64,000 bases of DNA, from positions 69,512-133,511 of the forward strand of contig JAKVBI010000017.1 in assembly GCA_022447545.1 (NCBI GenBank), written 5' to 3'. A program made the translations under genes and the position numbers. Source of the DNA: Myxococcota bacterium. Its GTDB lineage: Bacteria; Myxococcota_A; UBA9160; SMWR01. Numbering within the stretch: position 1 is the first letter of the stretch; every line of letters starts with the position of its first letter. The notes beneath the pieces were generated by a model. That model was not told where the DNA came from and ran no database searches. It saw only the letters and a list, made by a program, of their open reading frames with translations. Of the stretch, positions 17,775 to 26,605 are shown one piece after another.

Positions 17775-19007
17775 GTGCAGCAAGGAGAAGCTTGGATCAT
17801 TGATGCCGTTCGGTCCCCGCGCGGCAAGGGCAAGGCGACGGGAGGGCTCCATGAGGTCCACCCCCAGCGAATTCTGGCTCAGGTTTTGAATGGGCTACGG
17901 GACCGCAATGGCTTCGACACCGCAGAGGTCGATGACGTGGTGATGGGATGCGGAGCGGGGAGTGGCGATCACGCCATGGATATCGCTCGCATGGCGGCTC
18001 TCGATGCTGGATGGGATCTGGACGCTCCCGGCGTGACCCTGAATCGCTTCTGTGGTTCCGGTCAACAAGCGGTGAACTTCGCCGCCATGGGGGTCCGAGC
18101 GGGATTCCAAAACCTCGTCGTGGCGGGGGGTGTGGAATCCATGTCGAGGCCGGCATCCATGCACGTCGACGGTTTTTCGGCGAACAACGCTCACCTCCGT
18201 GAGCAGTACGCCATGGTGCCGCAAGGCATCTCGGCCGATCTGATTGCGACGATCGAGGGGTTCAGTCGCGAAGAGTGCGATCAGTTGGCGGTGGACAGCC
18301 AGAATCGCTGTGATGCGGCGGTGAAGGACGGAAGGTTCGGTGATGCGCTCGTGCCGATCCTGAACGATGAGGGCGACCTTGCGCTTGATCATGATGAGTT
18401 TCCGCGTCCTGGAACGACGGTGAGTGATCTTGGCAAGTTGCCTCCCAGTTTTGAGCAGATGGGTGCGCATGTCCAAAAAGGTCAGTCTCTTTCGATTGAC
18501 GCGACGGCACTGCTCGCATACCCGAACGTCGAGAAGGTCAATCACGTCCACCATGCGGGGAATTCATCGGGTGTGGTCGATGGCGCGTCGGCAGTGCTCG
18601 TCGCTTCACCCGAGTATGCCAAGGCCAACGGGATGAAGCCTCGAGCGCGCGTGGTGATGACGGCCGTCGCGGGAACCGAGCCCGTCATCATGTTGACAGC
18701 GCCCGGACCTGCGGCGAAGCGCTGCCTCGACAATGCGGGAATGACCTTCGACGACATCGAGCTGTTCGAGGTCAATGAAGCCTTTGCTGCCGTCGTTCTC
18801 AAGTTTCTGAAGGATACCGGTGTCGATTGGGACAAGGTCAATGTCAACGGGGGGGCCATGGCGCTGGGACACCCGATTGGTGCCACGGGCGGCATGTTGA
18901 TCGGTACCCTTCTGGACGAGATGGAGCGCCAGGACAAGCAGACTGGGCTCGTCACCATGTGCACGGGTGGCGGAATGGGGACCGCGACGGTCATCGAGCG
19001 GGTTTGA
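17775..19007 (+). CDS. thiolase (acetyl-CoA C-acyltransferase family)
   Basis: GTG start with GAAAGGAG SD. Active-site Cys context LNRFCGSGQQAV. C-terminal MCTGGGMGTA. Confidence 0.9.
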   Translation: MQQGEAWIIDAVRSPRGKGKATGGLHEVHPQRILAQVLNGLRDRNGFDTAEVDDVVMGCGAGSGDHAMDIARMAALDAGWDLDAPGVTLNRFCGSGQQAVNFAAMGVRAGFQNLVVAGGVESMSRPASMHVDGFSANNAHLREQYAMVPQGISADLIATIEGFSREECDQLAVDSQNRCDAAVKDGRFGDALVPILNDEGDLALDHDEFPRPGTTVSDLGKLPPSFEQMGAHVQKGQSLSIDATALLAYPNVEKVNHVHHAGNSSGVVDGASAVLVASPEYAKANGMKPRARVVMTAVAGTEPVIMLTAPGPAAKRCLDNAGMTFDDIELFEVNEAFAAVVLKFLKDTGVDWDKVNVNGGAMALGHPIGATGGMLIGTLLDEMERQDKQTGLVTMCTGGGMGTATVIERV

Positions 19008-19125
19008 GACTCTCGGTTTCTTTTTTTTCGATGTTCGCGTGGGCTCGAAAGGCGACGCAGCCGTTCGTCGAAGATGATCTTGTTGCGTTCGAGCTATTGG
19101 ATACGCGACACGTGAAGGAGAAGAG

Positions 19126-20040
19126 GTGAAAGATCTTTCGGGCAGAGTAGCGGTGGTGACGGGGGGCGCCGGAGGTATTGGGAAGGCGATAGGTGAGGCA
19201 TTCCTAGCGGAAGGAATGAAGGTCGTTCTTGCCGATGTCTTGGAGGCTGAACTCGATGCGGCAGTGAGTGAAATTTCCTCGGAAGACGTGATCGGTTGGG
19301 TGACGGATGTCACTTCTTTCGAGTCGCTGTGCTCGGTGCGCGATGCAGCGATCGAGAAGTTTGGCGCCGTACATGTCATCTGCAATAACGCAGGAGTGGG
19401 AGCCGGGGCCAAGGGGCACCTCTGGGAGCATCACCTCAATGACTGGAAGTGGTCCCTCGATGTCAATGTGCTGGGCGTCATCAATGGGATGAATGCGTTC
19501 GTGCCTACCCTGGTGGCGCAAAACGAAGGGCATGTCGTCAATACGTCGTCGGGTAACGGTGGATACACCCCTCTTGCCAACAGTGGGATCTATCCCGTTA
19601 CGAAGGCAGCCGTTACGACATTGACCGAATGCCTCTGGGGGCAACTCCGTGAGATCGGCTCGGAGGTGGGCGCTTCGATCTTGTTTCCATCAACTCGCTC
19701 CCCGGGTGTGATGGCGACAGGGATCTGGAAGGCAGGAGCGAACCGGCCTGACCGATATTCGCGTGGAGACGGAGGCACGGTCGTCCGGGATGCTCTCTCG
19801 GACTACCTCGCGCGGGCGAAAGCAGCCGGAGAGGAGGTCCCCATCGCACCGCTGTCGGAAGTGGGAGAACTGTGCGTGGAGGCGGTTCGAGATGACGTTT
19901 TTTGGGCCACGGTTCCCATGGATCGACAGACCGACAAGCTCCGGGCTCGCACGGAGTCGCAAATTCGACGAACACCGCCCGAATACCTACTAGAAGAGAC
20001 CCTGATGACTCAATCCGCGGACGAGCGCGAGCAGGACTGA
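19126..20040 (+). CDS. short-chain dehydrogenase/reductase (SDR)
   Basis: GTG start with GAAGGAGAAGAG SD. TGGAGGIG cofactor motif and YPVTK catalytic YxxxK. Paralogue of 45819..46658. Confidence 0.85.
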   Translation: MKDLSGRVAVVTGGAGGIGKAIGEAFLAEGMKVVLADVLEAELDAAVSEISSEDVIGWVTDVTSFESLCSVRDAAIEKFGAVHVICNNAGVGAGAKGHLWEHHLNDWKWSLDVNVLGVINGMNAFVPTLVAQNEGHVVNTSSGNGGYTPLANSGIYPVTKAAVTTLTECLWGQLREIGSEVGASILFPSTRSPGVMATGIWKAGANRPDRYSRGDGGTVVRDALSDYLARAKAAGEEVPIAPLSEVGELCVEAVRDDVFWATVPMDRQTDKLRARTESQIRRTPPEYLLEETLMTQSADEREQD

Positions 20041-20128
20041 GCAGGCCGCTCCGTTGAGGGAGTCCCCCTGTCCGGGCGGCAGGATGAGGCCCTTGGTTTC
20101 GAGGCACTGGAACAGAGGAGATGGAACA

Positions 20129-20584
20129 TTGAGCCATTCGAGGTCGGAGGTGGAATCTGCGTGGAGTCATTTCGTCGAGGTGGGGGACAGTGGGGATTGG
20201 AATGCCTGGGCGGATCTCCACACTGAGGACGGGGTTTGGGTCGAGCATGCCTTCGGCACCATTCGAGGACGGGAGGAAATCCGAGAAGTCATCACACGGG
20301 TCATGAAGCCCGTGCCCATGATGGTCTTCCCGGTCGAGTGGCACGTGATCGAGGGCGATCGCGTTGTCTACTATCCGTGGCAGGTTCTCCCGGATCCGAA
20401 AGGGGGGGATGCGATGTATCGATTCGGGTGCGTGACCATTCTGGAGTACGCGGGGAACGGGCAGTGGTCCTATCAGGAGGATCTCTACAATCCGCGAGAG
20501 GGCGAAAAGGTCATCAAGCAGTGGCTTGCCGATGGAGGGAAACTCGCCGCTTCGCCCGACGCCCTTGGCTTGCGCGAGGATTGA
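20129..20584 (+). CDS. NTF2/SnoaL-like domain protein
   Basis: The ORF is open from 20054. I prefer TTG 20129 (GGAGA 7 nt upstream), giving 151 aa. The pattern is WSHFVEVGDSGDWNAWADLHTEDGVWVEHAFG... Confidence 0.6.
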   Translation: MSHSRSEVESAWSHFVEVGDSGDWNAWADLHTEDGVWVEHAFGTIRGREEIREVITRVMKPVPMMVFPVEWHVIEGDRVVYYPWQVLPDPKGGDAMYRFGCVTILEYAGNGQWSYQEDLYNPREGEKVIKQWLADGGKLAASPDALGLRED

Positions 20585-20609
20585 GTGGCCGGGGTGGCCT
20601 GAGCCGGTT

Positions 20610-21056
20610 CTAACCCGTTTTGTCCGATGGGGTGAGGGGCTCGATGCCCGTTGTGCCTCCGAGTCGAGGGAGGCCATCGTCGACAAACGACCATTCCGCT
20701 CGGTCGTCGAAGTAGAAGTGCGTCTCGGGGGTGCGGTCGATGGAAGTTTCCATGTTGGCAAGCACGATATCGATATGGTCGGGGTGCCGTGTCGATTCGC
20801 AGAATAAGGTGCTTCCGCACCGGGCACAAAAACTCCGGGTGCCATGATCCGAAGAGGCGAATCGAACGAGATCGTTGTCTCCTTCGACGAGGCGGAACTG
20901 GTCATTGGGAACCGCGAACCAAGTCACGAACCCCGCCCCATGGCTGCGGCGGCACATTGAGCAATGGCAGTGCCCGCAGAAAAGGGTGGGCGGGGCGATG
21001 GTGAATCGCACGGTTCCACAAAAGCATGACCCGGTCGCGTTCGGTTCGGTCGCCAT
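20610..21056 (-). CDS. GFA (glutathione-dependent formaldehyde-activating / CENP-V-like) zinc-binding protein
   Basis: 148 aa from ATG 21056. Cys pattern CFCGTVRF...CHCSMCRRSHG...FCARCGS. The longer track ORF (to 21350) overlaps the divergent TauD gene. Confidence 0.8.
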   Translation of the reverse strand: MATEPNATGSCFCGTVRFTIAPPTLFCGHCHCSMCRRSHGAGFVTWFAVPNDQFRLVEGDNDLVRFASSDHGTRSFCARCGSTLFCESTRHPDHIDIVLANMETSIDRTPETHFYFDDRAEWSFVDDGLPRLGGTTGIEPLTPSDKTG

Positions 21057-21229
21057 GGGTCTCCTTTGAATCGTCCTGCAGGCTCGGTTGGAAGGCAGTG
21101 TACCGCAGGCAGTCCCGCGGCTTCCGGAGCCGGGTGCAGGGGGCGCCGGAGGTTCTCGGAGGGGCGGGCCCGGTCGTGCAGGGGAGTGCCTTGGGCGTGG
21201 TACGCTGCTTGGGGACCGAAGGAGGATGC

Positions 21230-22189
21230 ATGGCGAGTGCAGTGGCAATGGCGACCAACGCCTACCAGGATCTCGGGCTCGAGTTCCGGCCGGCATCAGG
21301 TCATATCGGCGCCGAGATCCGAGGCGTCGATCTTTCAAAACCGTTGACACCCGAGGTGGTATCGGCCATTCGAAACATCTGGCTGCGGTGGAAGGTCGTG
21401 TTCTTTCGTGATCAGGAGATCAGCCGCGACCAGCACGTGGCCTTCGGCCGTTATTTCGGGGAGGTGACGCCCGCTCACCCGACTCTTCCAGCTGCGTTTC
21501 CCGACCACCCGGAGATTCTGCTTCTCGACAACCGGCAATCAGAAACCATGGGAGGGGCGGTGATTGAGAATCGATGGCACACCGACGTGACCTTCGTGCC
21601 GAATCCGCCCATGGCCTCCATTCTTCGTGGTGCAGTCATTCCGCCCTATGGAGGAGACACTCAGTGGATCAACCTCGTGGTCGCCTATGAGCGATTGTCG
21701 GAATCGATTCGCTCGTTGATCGATGGATTGCATGCGGTGCACCACAACCACCTTCCGATCTCGAGGGGCGAGCTCTCGTCGGAATACGTTGAGAAATTCC
21801 AGTCTTCCGAAATTCAGTCCGTGCATCCCATGGTTCGCGTTCATCCCGAGACAGGGGAGAAGGCGCTTTTCGTAAATCCAAATTTCACAAGTCACGTCGT
21901 GGAGTTGTCGCGGCAGGAGGGCCGGCACCTACTTGCCATGCTCTACGAGCACCAAGCCAATCCGGAATTCACGGCTCGCTTTCGATGGGAACCTGGCAGT
22001 TTGGCTTTTTGGGACAACCGAGCGACTGCACATTTCGTTCCCACCGACATCCCGCCGGGAATGCACCGGTCGGTGGAGCGAATTACTCTGGCCGGGGGCT
22101 TGCCGGTGGGTCCTGATGGCTCGGAATCCCGTGCCTTGAAGGGAGAGGTGTTCAACAGTTCGGATACGAGCCGCCCGGAGGACGCGTGA
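21230..22189 (+). CDS. TauD/TfdA-family Fe(II)/2-oxoglutarate dioxygenase
   Basis: ATG 21230 after GAAGGAGGA. IGAEIRGVDL..., WHTDVTFVPNPPMASILR (HxD) and a C-terminal WDNRATAH-type motif. Confidence 0.85.
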   Translation: MASAVAMATNAYQDLGLEFRPASGHIGAEIRGVDLSKPLTPEVVSAIRNIWLRWKVVFFRDQEISRDQHVAFGRYFGEVTPAHPTLPAAFPDHPEILLLDNRQSETMGGAVIENRWHTDVTFVPNPPMASILRGAVIPPYGGDTQWINLVVAYERLSESIRSLIDGLHAVHHNHLPISRGELSSEYVEKFQSSEIQSVHPMVRVHPETGEKALFVNPNFTSHVVELSRQEGRHLLAMLYEHQANPEFTARFRWEPGSLAFWDNRATAHFVPTDIPPGMHRSVERITLAGGLPVGPDGSESRALKGEVFNSSDTSRPEDA

Positions 22190-22294
22190 ATCGGTCGGTC
22201 CGCGGAGCCTGTTCTTTACGCCCTTGGAACCCTCCTCTACCCTCGGTCGGACTCTAGAAGTCGAATCTCCCGGCCTTCGAGAGAGGAGAGTCCC

Positions 22295-22873
22295 ATGGCA
22301 GAAAAGAACCTTGTCTTGAGCGAGACCGCTTCCAACAAGATCAAAAGCGATCTGGGGAGTGAGAGGCTCGATACCACCGCCCTGCGTGTAACCGTGGGAG
22401 AAGACGGTGCGGCTTTCGATTACCAACTCGAGTTCGTCGATCGATCTGAGAAGGGACCCGAGGATCTGCTGGTCGAGACCAGTGGGGTGAGGGTCTTCAT
22501 CGATTCCGAGAGTGCACCGAGGGTGGCGGGAGCGACTCTCGAATACGTGGACGACCTCTCGGGAAGTGGATTTCGCTTCGATAACCCCAACTCTCCGGCA
22601 TTGATCGAGAACCCTCTGGCGGCCCGTGTGCAACGCGTGATCGAGGAATATGTCAATCCGGACGTTGCAGGTCATGGGGGCCACGTGAGGCTGATGGATG
22701 TTCAGGAGACTCGCGTGTTCCTGCGTCTCGGCGGAGGATGCCAGGGCTGTGGAATGGCCGATGTGACTCTCAAGCAGGGCATCGAGTCTACTCTGCGCGA
22801 ACATGTTCCCGAAATCACCGAGGTGCTCGACGTGACCGATCACGAGTCGGGCGCCGATCCCTTCTACGCCTAG
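22295..22873 (+). CDS. nfuA: Fe-S cluster biogenesis protein NfuA (HesB/IscA-like N-domain + Nfu C-domain)
   Basis: 192 aa. SD AGGAGAG. The C-terminal domain has GGHVRLMDV...LRLGGGCQGCGMADVTLKQGIE (CxxC). Confidence 0.85.
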   Translation: MAEKNLVLSETASNKIKSDLGSERLDTTALRVTVGEDGAAFDYQLEFVDRSEKGPEDLLVETSGVRVFIDSESAPRVAGATLEYVDDLSGSGFRFDNPNSPALIENPLAARVQRVIEEYVNPDVAGHGGHVRLMDVQETRVFLRLGGGCQGCGMADVTLKQGIESTLREHVPEITEVLDVTDHESGADPFYA

Positions 22874-22999
22874 GCCGGGAGAAGAGTCCTCGAGTCGTTC
22901 GGTTCCCAACCCGAGAAAGGCCTTGTCGTCGGATCGTCGGGGGGCGGGTGCAGCCCGCGAGGGCTGTGAGATGCACCACTCACAGGGGGAGACCGATCG

Positions 23000-23056
23000 G
23001 TGATGAGTTGGCTGGCCGGATTGTCCCTCGTCCTGGGTGTTGCAGGGGTGGTTTGA
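23000..23056 (+). CDS. candidate 17-18 codon hydrophobic mini-ORF (or the true 5' end of the next gene interrupted by an in-frame TGA)
   Basis: GGGGGAG (22985-22991), then GTG 23000 / ATG 23003, encoding MSWLAGLSLVLGVAGVV, then TGA 23054-23056. It is in the same frame as 23129..24319, and the 24 codons between them are open. Confidence 0.3.
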   Translation: MMSWLAGLSLVLGVAGVV

Positions 23057-23128
23057 GGTTGGAGCGAGGCCGGTCGCCTGGCGTTTTACGCAGGCCTGCT
23101 GGCACTGGCACTGGCACTGGGCTCGGGG

Positions 23129-24319
23129 TTGCTGTCATCGCGTGCCATTCGATCGGGCCGAACACCGATAGTGCTTGTGCTCAACACGATCGGCTGTCTG
23201 CTGGTTGGTATCGTGCTGGTCGATCTCGTCTGGGAGATTTGGCCCGCTGGGAAAACGCCGAAGATCGCAGGCTTTTCCTATCTCGAGGCGCAGGGCGATC
23301 CCGATGCCTTCGTGCGTTGGCAGGAGCGTTCGGTCGCCGAGCAGAAACGAACCGGAATGAATCTCATGCCGGATCCCCGAGGAATGAACCCCCACGCTCT
23401 TCGGCCAGGACCTGGGCGTTTTCTCGAATCCGAATGGAGCGTCAATGCGCTGGGGTTTCGGGGTCCTGAAATCGCGGTAGAGAAGGGTGAACACTACCGA
23501 ATCGTTGCACTGGGCGAGTCCACCACCTTCGGGTCTACGTTGTTCGAGGAGGATCGGCCGTGGCCCGAGGTTCTGGAGGGGCGCATTGCGAGGGAATTGG
23601 ATTGTGTGAAGCCGGTCCAGGTCATCAATGCAGATATCCCGGGTTTTACGCTGGCCAACAATCTGGCTCGACTCCCGGCTGAGATCTTTCCGCTAGAGCC
23701 GGATCTGATCGTCTCATACCACGGCTACAACGGTTTCCCCTTTCTACTGGCGCAGATCCCATCGGTTCGGGTCGGGGCACGTCCCGAGACACCTCCTCGT
23801 CGATCTCCGCTGCTGGGCCGGGTCGAAACCGCGTTGCGAATCTGGTGGTTCAAGCGTCGCTACGACGCCGCTCGTTCCATCGATGAGCGGGCATTGGAGA
23901 CCGATGTGCATCTCAGTCGCTATGCGGAGCTATACCGGAAGTTGATTTCGGAGACCCGTGCTCGAGGAGTGGGGCTCGTTCTCGCGACCTTCAGTATGGC
24001 GGTCAATCGCGAGAGCGCCGATGGGATGATTGGCTTTTATGAGCCCATCTTTCCGGATCTGCGGGCTCGCGTTCTTGCGAATTGGCTGCACACGGGAATG
24101 ATCCGACAGTTCGGAGCACACAGCGAGGTGCTTGTGATCGATACGTCACCGGGGCTGGACGGGGCCTATGAGGACGCCTATGTGGATCCGATTCACTTCA
24201 GCCAGGTGGGACGGGAACGGCTGGCCGCCCACATGCTGAACGGTCTTCGCAAGTGGCTTGCCGACAGCCCGGCAGAGTGCCGGGAGCGATCGTTGGGTCC
24301 GACAGACGCTCGCTCGTGA
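23129..24319 (+). CDS. membrane-anchored SGNH/GDSL-like hydrolase
   Basis: TTG 23129 is the first canonical start. TM helix IVLVLNTIGCLLVGIVLVDLVW. Block I is YRIVALGESTTFGS (GDS-like). The start is uncertain (see the mini-ORF). Confidence 0.7.
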   Translation: MLSSRAIRSGRTPIVLVLNTIGCLLVGIVLVDLVWEIWPAGKTPKIAGFSYLEAQGDPDAFVRWQERSVAEQKRTGMNLMPDPRGMNPHALRPGPGRFLESEWSVNALGFRGPEIAVEKGEHYRIVALGESTTFGSTLFEEDRPWPEVLEGRIARELDCVKPVQVINADIPGFTLANNLARLPAEIFPLEPDLIVSYHGYNGFPFLLAQIPSVRVGARPETPPRRSPLLGRVETALRIWWFKRRYDAARSIDERALETDVHLSRYAELYRKLISETRARGVGLVLATFSMAVNRESADGMIGFYEPIFPDLRARVLANWLHTGMIRQFGAHSEVLVIDTSPGLDGAYEDAYVDPIHFSQVGRERLAAHMLNGLRKWLADSPAECRERSLGPTDARS

Positions 24320-24354
24320 GATTCGCGGTGTTTTGGGCTTGCGCGACGGGCGAG

Positions 24355-25113
24355 TCATTGCGCGAGGAGGTGGCCAAGCCCGTCCCACAACAGAAGCCGC
24401 AGTGCCACTCCTGTGAGCACGATTTTGTAGAAGCGCACGAAGTACACCTCGGAGACGCGCTCGAGGAGCTGACTTCCCAGCCAAGTCCCCACGATGACGG
24501 CGATGCAGAGCAGGGTCAGCGGGAGGGCGTATTCGCCGAACGCGAATCCGACCCATCCGAAGATTACGATCTTCGTCAAGTGTCCGAGGGTTTGACAAGC
24601 GGCCTTGCTCCCCACTAGAGACTGTCGGGTAAGGCCGAGGCCGAGGAAAAAAGGTGCGATGAGCGGTCCGGTGGCACCCACGGTCAGATTGAGCGCGCCC
24701 ACCACCGTCCCCAGAAGTAGAAAGCGGCGCTTTTGTCGCATCTGTTCCGGCCTTGCCCCCAACAGCAACCAGCCAGGTGCCCAGGTGCCCAGGAGAACGA
24801 AAGCGCCGATCAAGCTGCGGGTCGTGGAAGGGTCGAGGGCCTGGAGGATCGCGAGTCCGACGAACCCCATGGGTAAAAGCGGAATCGCGTAGGGCGCCAC
24901 CAGACTCCAATTCACGTGACTTCGCTGGATGTAAGTTCGGGATGCATTCGAGACGAGTTGGACGACGGCGTGTAGTGGGATCGCGACCATCGGTTCCATG
25001 AAGAGAAGCATCACGGTCAGCAGAACGATTCCGCCGGCCATGCCCACGATCCCGGAGAGGACCGAAGTGGCCAGGGCGACGAGAGTTAGGACCGCGGTTT
25101 CGGTGCCACCCAT
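24355..25113 (-). CDS. TauE/SafE-family anion (sulfite/sulfonate) permease
   Basis: 252 aa from ATG 25113. A polytopic protein with SGIVGMAGGIV and GATGPLIAPFFLGLGL repeats typical of TauE/SafE. The 445-aa track ORF is an out-of-context 5' extension. Confidence 0.75.
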   Translation of the reverse strand: MGGTETAVLTLVALATSVLSGIVGMAGGIVLLTVMLLFMEPMVAIPLHAVVQLVSNASRTYIQRSHVNWSLVAPYAIPLLPMGFVGLAILQALDPSTTRSLIGAFVLLGTWAPGWLLLGARPEQMRQKRRFLLLGTVVGALNLTVGATGPLIAPFFLGLGLTRQSLVGSKAACQTLGHLTKIVIFGWVGFAFGEYALPLTLLCIAVIVGTWLGSQLLERVSEVYFVRFYKIVLTGVALRLLLWDGLGHLLAQ

Positions 25114-25124
25114 TCCAGGCTCTT

Positions 25125-25724
25125 CTACCCGGAGCGGGTGCGCGCTGTGACCCAGCGCAGGCCCGCTCCTATCCATAGGCTCGTAAGAGCCCATCCCTGC
25201 TGGGGGTGAGCACGGATGTCCCCAAAATATGTGAAGGTGAATACCGCCCAGTTGAACCAGAGGCCCATCCGGTGCAACCGGAACCAACGTGCTCTGCCCA
25301 GGCGTCGCACTGATCGATCCGAAGAGGTCAGCACCATGGCGGCGGTGAACGCATAGGCGAGTCCGCCCCCGGTGATGGTCAGGGCGTCGAGCTGGCTGAA
25401 GAAGGGCCCGGGAAATAGAACTCCGAGGGCAATCAACATGAGCAGGTGGAAACCCATGAAGATTCCGAACGACACGCCGAGATAGCGCCGGTTGGCGACG
25501 AGCCAGCGGGTCGTAGCACTCGACCACAAACTCCGAGCACTGGAGGAGACGAAGACGATCCAGAACGAGACCAGGGCCCCTCGCGCCGTCCAACGCACGC
25601 CTGCATGAAGCGCGTCGGCGTCGAATCCCTCCTGAAGGAAGAGCCCCAAAAGCGCAGTGAATGTCGCCAGGCCCGTTGCAAGCGTGATCCACCAGCCACC
25701 TGATGCACGCAATTGGGTGTTCAC
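25125..25724 (-). CDS. ferric-reductase-like (YedZ/MsrQ-like) haem-b transmembrane domain protein
   Basis: A polytopic protein. RRLGRARWFRLHRMGLWFNWAVF resembles the conserved LG..W..LH motif, and a second TM histidine is in GFHLLM. I prefer GTG 25724 (GGAGAAAG upstream) because the longer frame overlaps the upstream gene. Confidence 0.5.
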   Translation of the reverse strand: MNTQLRASGGWWITLATGLATFTALLGLFLQEGFDADALHAGVRWTARGALVSFWIVFVSSSARSLWSSATTRWLVANRRYLGVSFGIFMGFHLLMLIALGVLFPGPFFSQLDALTITGGGLAYAFTAAMVLTSSDRSVRRLGRARWFRLHRMGLWFNWAVFTFTYFGDIRAHPQQGWALTSLWIGAGLRWVTARTRSG

Positions 25725-25755
25725 TTCGATCTTTCTCCAGCCATTGCCCCGATTC

Positions 25756-26556
25756 TCATCGATGGCCGTCCGGTTCTCGAGACGCCTCGTATTCCAGAAT
25801 GAATTGGCGTTTCCTCGAACCCGGTTCGAGGGTGTCATAGCCCCCATAAAGTCGTGCTTCGCTCAGGGCTCGGGAATTGTCCCAATCGTCCATTTTTATA
25901 CGATACGCGGCAGCGGCAAGCCCCGTTCGTGAGACTCCGTGCCGGCAGTGAGCGAGGACGGGGTGAGAGTTTGAATCCTGCATGAGTTCGATGAACGTCC
26001 GCGTTCCCGTTTCGATGTCCTGCATGGGGATGTGGACCAGACGGATTCCTTTGTTTTCAGCGATCAGGCTTTCTCGCTCGAGAATTTCTGGAGAATCGCG
26101 CAGGACGACGACGGTGCGAATGTCGAATTCGTCGATGGCATTTTTCAGCACGGAGCCACTGAGTTGTGCGCTGCGGTAGAGCACCCCGTCGCGGACGACA
26201 CCCATCCGATGCAACAGAAAGTCCCGGTGGTCAAGGAAAAACATGCTCGCGGCCACGCTGAACACCACCACCAGCCCCCGAGCCCAGGGTGCAGCGCCTT
26301 CCGGTGCGGATCGGTGCAGGATACCGACGCCTGCAATACCCAGGACCCAAATGGGCACGAGGACCCAGGCATCCAAGAGGATCGGCAACGTCTCCTCAGA
26401 TACGCCGATGGTTTCGAGAAACTCCTCGAGCCGAAGCGTCACCGTCTGGGCTGCAGATGCCAGGATCAGCCAGAATCCCTGTAGGGCTATGAAGAGGCCG
26501 GCCATGGGCCAGCCGCGCGTGTCTGTCGTGCGGCTGGGAGGTGAATGGGTTTGCAT
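25756..26556 (-). CDS. membrane-anchored Cys-based (CX5R) tyrosine/dual-specificity or lipid phosphatase-like protein
   Basis: Three N-terminal hydrophobic helices, then the P-loop HCRHGVSRTG (nt 25927-25950), which matches HCxxGxxR(S/T). ATG 26556 is preferred because the upstream gene ends at 26606. Confidence 0.65.
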   Translation of the reverse strand: MQTHSPPSRTTDTRGWPMAGLFIALQGFWLILASAAQTVTLRLEEFLETIGVSEETLPILLDAWVLVPIWVLGIAGVGILHRSAPEGAAPWARGLVVVFSVAASMFFLDHRDFLLHRMGVVRDGVLYRSAQLSGSVLKNAIDEFDIRTVVVLRDSPEILERESLIAENKGIRLVHIPMQDIETGTRTFIELMQDSNSHPVLAHCRHGVSRTGLAAAAYRIKMDDWDNSRALSEARLYGGYDTLEPGSRKRQFILEYEASREPDGHR

Positions 26557-26605
26557 GTCGTTTTCCAAAGGCTGTCGCGATGGAAGATCGGGACTGCGAG
26601 AGTAT

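Noticed and set aside
19021-19028. T8 run after the thiolase stop, considered as an intrinsic terminator
   Set aside because: Only a 4-bp CGAG/CTCG pairing precedes it, with no stable GC-rich stem. The SDR gene follows 98 nt later on the same strand and is probably co-transcribed.
19613-20905. 430-aa minus-strand ORF
   Set aside because: It runs antisense across the SDR, NTF2 and GFA genes. It is Pro/Arg/Ser-rich, has no recognisable motif and no SD. It is a shadow ORF.
21929-22909. 326-aa minus-strand ORF
   Set aside because: It overlaps the strongly supported nfuA and the end of the TauD gene in antisense, with no motif.
23054-23100. Selenocysteine (SECIS) explanation for the in-frame TGA at 23054
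   Set aside because: The downstream sequence forms at best a 4-bp AGGC/GCCT stem, nothing like a bacterial SECIS hairpin. SGNH hydrolase N-terminal membrane segments have no known Sec.
23099-23119. Tandem hexamer (CTGGCA / GGCACT) x3
   Set aside because: It is only three copies. In the frame shared with the SGNH gene it simply encodes LALALAL of a hydrophobic segment, so it is not a micro-satellite of regulatory size. It is covered by the TGA/mini-ORF finding.
24355-25692. The 445-aa version of the TauE gene, and analogous long 5' extensions in the ORF track (46671-47516, 20610-21350, 11597-12925, 33568-34947, 12994-14139, 25125-25847)
   Set aside because: The extensions overlap the neighbouring upstream genes in another frame and add non-homologous Arg/Pro-rich N-termini. 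Internal ATG/GTG starts with SD sites give family-typical lengths.
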